Under the pieces are notes generated by a model. That model searched no databases. It had not been told where the DNA came from and saw nothing but the letters and a program-made list of their open reading frames with translations. Below are positions 61,409 to 64,000 of a stretch of DNA of 64,000 bases, piece after piece; the first letter of the stretch is position 1, and the number at the start of each line of letters is the position of its first letter. The DNA is from an uncultured Planctomycetales bacterium. GTDB lineage: Bacteria; Omnitrophota; Gorgyraeia; Zapsychrales; JBDRMG01. Where the stretch lies: the NCBI GenBank assembly GCA_964478715.1, contig CAYZIY010000010.1, forward strand, positions 2,250 to 66,249, given 5' to 3'. Position numbers and translations under genes: made by a program.

Positions 61409-62707
61409 ATGAAGGAAAAAATAACTTTTTACACGATAGGATGCAAAGCCAATCAGGCCGAAACCGCCAGCTTGAGAAATTCTTTTGCGCAAAACGGCTT
61501 TCATTGCGTTGATAACAATAGTTTTGCCGATATTTCTGTTATCAATACCTGCACCGTAACCGGGAAAGCGGACAGCGATACCCGTAAAACAGTAAATAGA
61601 ATTATTCGAAAAAATCCAAAAGCGCGCATCGCCTGTATCGGATGTCAGGCCCAAACCCAGAAAGAACGCTTGGCGCAACTTCCCAATATACGATGGATCG
61701 TGGGCAATGAGCAAAAAATGAATTTGATACAATTGATAAACCTGCCCGCTCAATCCCAAAAACCTCTTATGATCGTTCCGAAAATCCAAAAAAAAAGCTT
61801 TACGATGTCTCTGACCCAAATGGATTCCGTTCATACCAGAGCCAATCTAAAGATTCAGGACGGCTGTGATTTTTTTTGCTCCTTTTGCGAAATTCCTTAT
61901 GCCAGAGGAAGGCCCCGCAGCCGGATCTACGATGATATTATTGTAGAAGCACGAACCCTCGCTAAAAACGGTTATCAGGAAATTGTTTTAACCGGCATTA
62001 ATCTGGGCCGCTATCAATATCGCGGAAAAACACTGCTGCATGTTTTGGATGCTCTGGAAAAACTGCCAAAGCTAAAAAGAATACGTATTTCTTCTATCGA
62101 GCTGACCACAGCTTCTCTCGAGCTGGTCAAGCGCATGAACAACAGCCGGCTTTGCCCTTATCTGCATATTCCTATGCAGAGCGCAAGTGATAAGATTCTT
62201 CGTTCCATGAAACGGAAATACCGGGTGGGTGAATTTGCGGATTTTGTTTTAAAATGCGCTTCTGCCGTTGAACGAATCTGCATCGGGACGGATTTGATGG
62301 TTGGTTTTCCGGGAGAAAAGGAAGAAGATTTCCTTCAGACATGCCGAACCATTGAGCGCCTTCCAATTGTCAACTGTCATATCTTCAGTTATTGCCCGAG
62401 ACATTTTGCTAAAAGTAAAAATCTATCAAATGCAGTGAGTGAGTCTCTTATCAAAAAACGTCGTCGTTTATTGCGTCAAATAGCTCTTAGAAAGAGACAT
62501 CAAATACTGAAAAAATTCCTTCATGCCACCCAGGAAGTGCTCTTTGAACAAAAAAAAGGTGAATGCTGGTCGGGGTTGACCGATAATTATATCCGTGTTC
62601 TTGTTTCGTCTGAGAAAAGACTTCATAATCGTATCGTTCCTGTTAAAATAAAACAGATTGAGAATCAGAATCTTAAAGGAGTTTTGTCGTGCAAAAGCAT
62701 CAAATGA
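61409..62707 (+). CDS. MiaB/RimO-family radical SAM methylthiotransferase, MtaB-like
   Basis: N-terminal MTTase domain FYTIGCKANQAE, rSAM CDFFCSFCEIPYARG. Confidence 0.75.
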   Translation: MKEKITFYTIGCKANQAETASLRNSFAQNGFHCVDNNSFADISVINTCTVTGKADSDTRKTVNRIIRKNPKARIACIGCQAQTQKERLAQLPNIRWIVGNEQKMNLIQLINLPAQSQKPLMIVPKIQKKSFTMSLTQMDSVHTRANLKIQDGCDFFCSFCEIPYARGRPRSRIYDDIIVEARTLAKNGYQEIVLTGINLGRYQYRGKTLLHVLDALEKLPKLKRIRISSIELTTASLELVKRMNNSRLCPYLHIPMQSASDKILRSMKRKYRVGEFADFVLKCASAVERICIGTDLMVGFPGEKEEDFLQTCRTIERLPIVNCHIFSYCPRHFAKSKNLSNAVSESLIKKRRRLLRQIALRKRHQILKKFLHATQEVLFEQKKGECWSGLTDNYIRVLVSSEKRLHNRIVPVKIKQIENQNLKGVLSCKSIK

Positions 62708-63104
62708 AGATTAATGTTAAGAAAATTGCGCAATCGCCCGATATTTTCGAGTTTACAATCAGTTCACCTTTTCTGCGGACTCAGTTTCGTCTTCCGCGTA
62801 ATCAGGTCAATGAGCTTAGGATTCTTCTCGAGAAAGTCCTTATTGAAAAATAGGTTATAAATATTTTGAGAATAAATAAAAATTGCCGCCTCTTCCAGAC
62901 TTACCGACATTCCCATTATTTTTTAATATACATAAGCTAATGTATGAAAATAGGTCGAGAGTCTTTCTAAATTTAAATGAAATGCTAATTTTTATCCATG
63001 TTCCTCGTTTAACTATTGGGAACAAGGGATGGTCATTTTACAGTCATAAATTTCTTTTAAAAAATGATTCCTTTAATATAATAAAACACATACAGGGATC
63101 ACTC

Positions 63105-63896
63105 ATGAGTAAAGCCATTCTTTTAATCATAACCCTTTTATTATTGCCTTCAACAGTGCTTGGGGCGGCAGCCGCGGGTCAACGGCAACAAATGCAGCAA
63201 CAACAAATTCTAAAGCAGCGCGCTGTTATGGAGAAGGTTATGCAGGAACAGAAAAAGGCGGTTGCGCGGGAAGTCCAGCGAAAATATGGAGATATGGCCG
63301 CGCAGAAAGTAGCGGAACAAAAAATTAAAGAAGCGCAGAAAGCTATCGCCATCAAAAAGGCTGCACAGGCCAAAGCTGCCGCAGCTCAGATTGGTGCGGC
63401 CAAGGAGATCATGGAAAAAACCGCCGCTGTCACCCGCGGTGTTGCGCTTGAGCAAAAACAAATCATCGAACGTATCGCGGCTGAAAAAATGGCTCAAGAA
63501 GCATTGAAGAATCAACCGATCCAAGAATTTGACCCTCGTCCCATTACCGAGGAAAGCGCCGATAATGTGCTGGATGTTCTTTCTCAAAACGCCCAGGTCT
63601 GGCGGCAGATTATTGATGATGAGGCCAAAATATTCATCATTAATTTTTATAAAGAGCAATATTACCAGGATGATATTTATATCCGTAAACCATCATTTCA
63701 TTATGTTGAGCTGATTGATGAGATGTATGCCCAGACACCGGAGATGCTTAACCGGCCCTTTGAACAGGTCTTGCAGCTGGTAGCTATTATGGAGTATGAT
63801 TTTGACAATGGAACCAGCCCCGATGACCTGGCTCGTCAGGTGTTGGGCGATGAGATGTACGAATTCAACCGTCAGAGGATTACGAATCCAAATTAA
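63105..63896 (+). CDS. secreted protein: signal peptide, A/Q/K-rich coiled-coil segment, C-terminal globular domain
   Basis: Internal ATG 63105 (AGGGA SD) gives MSKAILLIITLLLLPSTVLGAAAAG signal peptide. The 74 residues upstream in the ORF track lack signals. Confidence 0.5.
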   Translation: MSKAILLIITLLLLPSTVLGAAAAGQRQQMQQQQILKQRAVMEKVMQEQKKAVAREVQRKYGDMAAQKVAEQKIKEAQKAIAIKKAAQAKAAAAQIGAAKEIMEKTAAVTRGVALEQKQIIERIAAEKMAQEALKNQPIQEFDPRPITEESADNVLDVLSQNAQVWRQIIDDEAKIFIINFYKEQYYQDDIYIRKPSFHYVELIDEMYAQTPEMLNRPFEQVLQLVAIMEYDFDNGTSPDDLARQVLGDEMYEFNRQRITNPN

Positions 63897-63919
63897 CTTA
63901 TTGGAAAGGAGCCGATAAA

Positions 63920-64000
63920 ATGAAAAAGTGGTTGAAAGCTGCAGTCCTGGCCATCGTCGTTGTTTTCGCTTTGGGTGTGATTAAAAATTTTGCTCTCAAA
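63920..64000 (+). CDS. partial CDS (N-terminal signal/TM segment only, runs off window)
   Basis: AAAGGAG SD 8 nt before ATG. MKKWLKAAVLAIVVVFALGV. Confidence 0.4.
   Translation, partial: MKKWLKAAVLAIVVVFALGVIKNFALK

Noticed and set aside
63179-63659. Minus-strand ORFs (64 and 149 aa) inside the secreted coiled-coil gene
   Set aside because: Antisense of the Ala/Gln/Lys-rich gene (the GC-rich codons give an open reverse frame); no signals.

Overview
64-kb chromosomal window of a moderately AT-rich bacterium, most likely an anaerobe. It is gene-dense and mostly core metabolism: citrate synthase/aconitase/fumarase, leuCD, aroC, thiC, bioB, trxB, menA-like, ilvBN, gshAB, pntAB, and an rseC-rnfBCDGEA operon. 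No rRNA, tRNA or CRISPR array was recognised. Stretches that look accessory or unusual: (i) 1-1400, with a 5-prime-truncated RhuM-family gene, a DsrE-like gene, a start-less ParB-like remnant and a long hairpin, which may be an island remnant; (ii) 1912-7022, a seven-gene envelope-glycoconjugate block combining ArnC-like GT2 and ArnA-like formyltransferase with a dedicated ACP / adenylating ligase / FabG-like reductase / NeuD-family acyltransferase module; (iii) 14186-18941, a six-gene phosphorelay operon (HD-GYP response regulator, HPt-containing hybrid kinase, two CheY-like receivers, CheX-like phosphatase, free HPt) with a PilZ gene 4 kb downstream; (iv) an apparently orphan AmmeMemoRadiSam-type radical SAM gene fused onto the end of the rnf operon, followed by xth and two hypothetical genes (one with MORN repeats and a PLDc_N-like membrane domain); (v) a macro-domain pseudogene at 36489-36710; (vi) a bacterial SET-domain gene overlapping a SpoU methyltransferase gene; (vii) several small ORFs below 60 aa with good translation signals that the ORF track omits. 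All calls are from motif-level reading of the translations; no database search was run.
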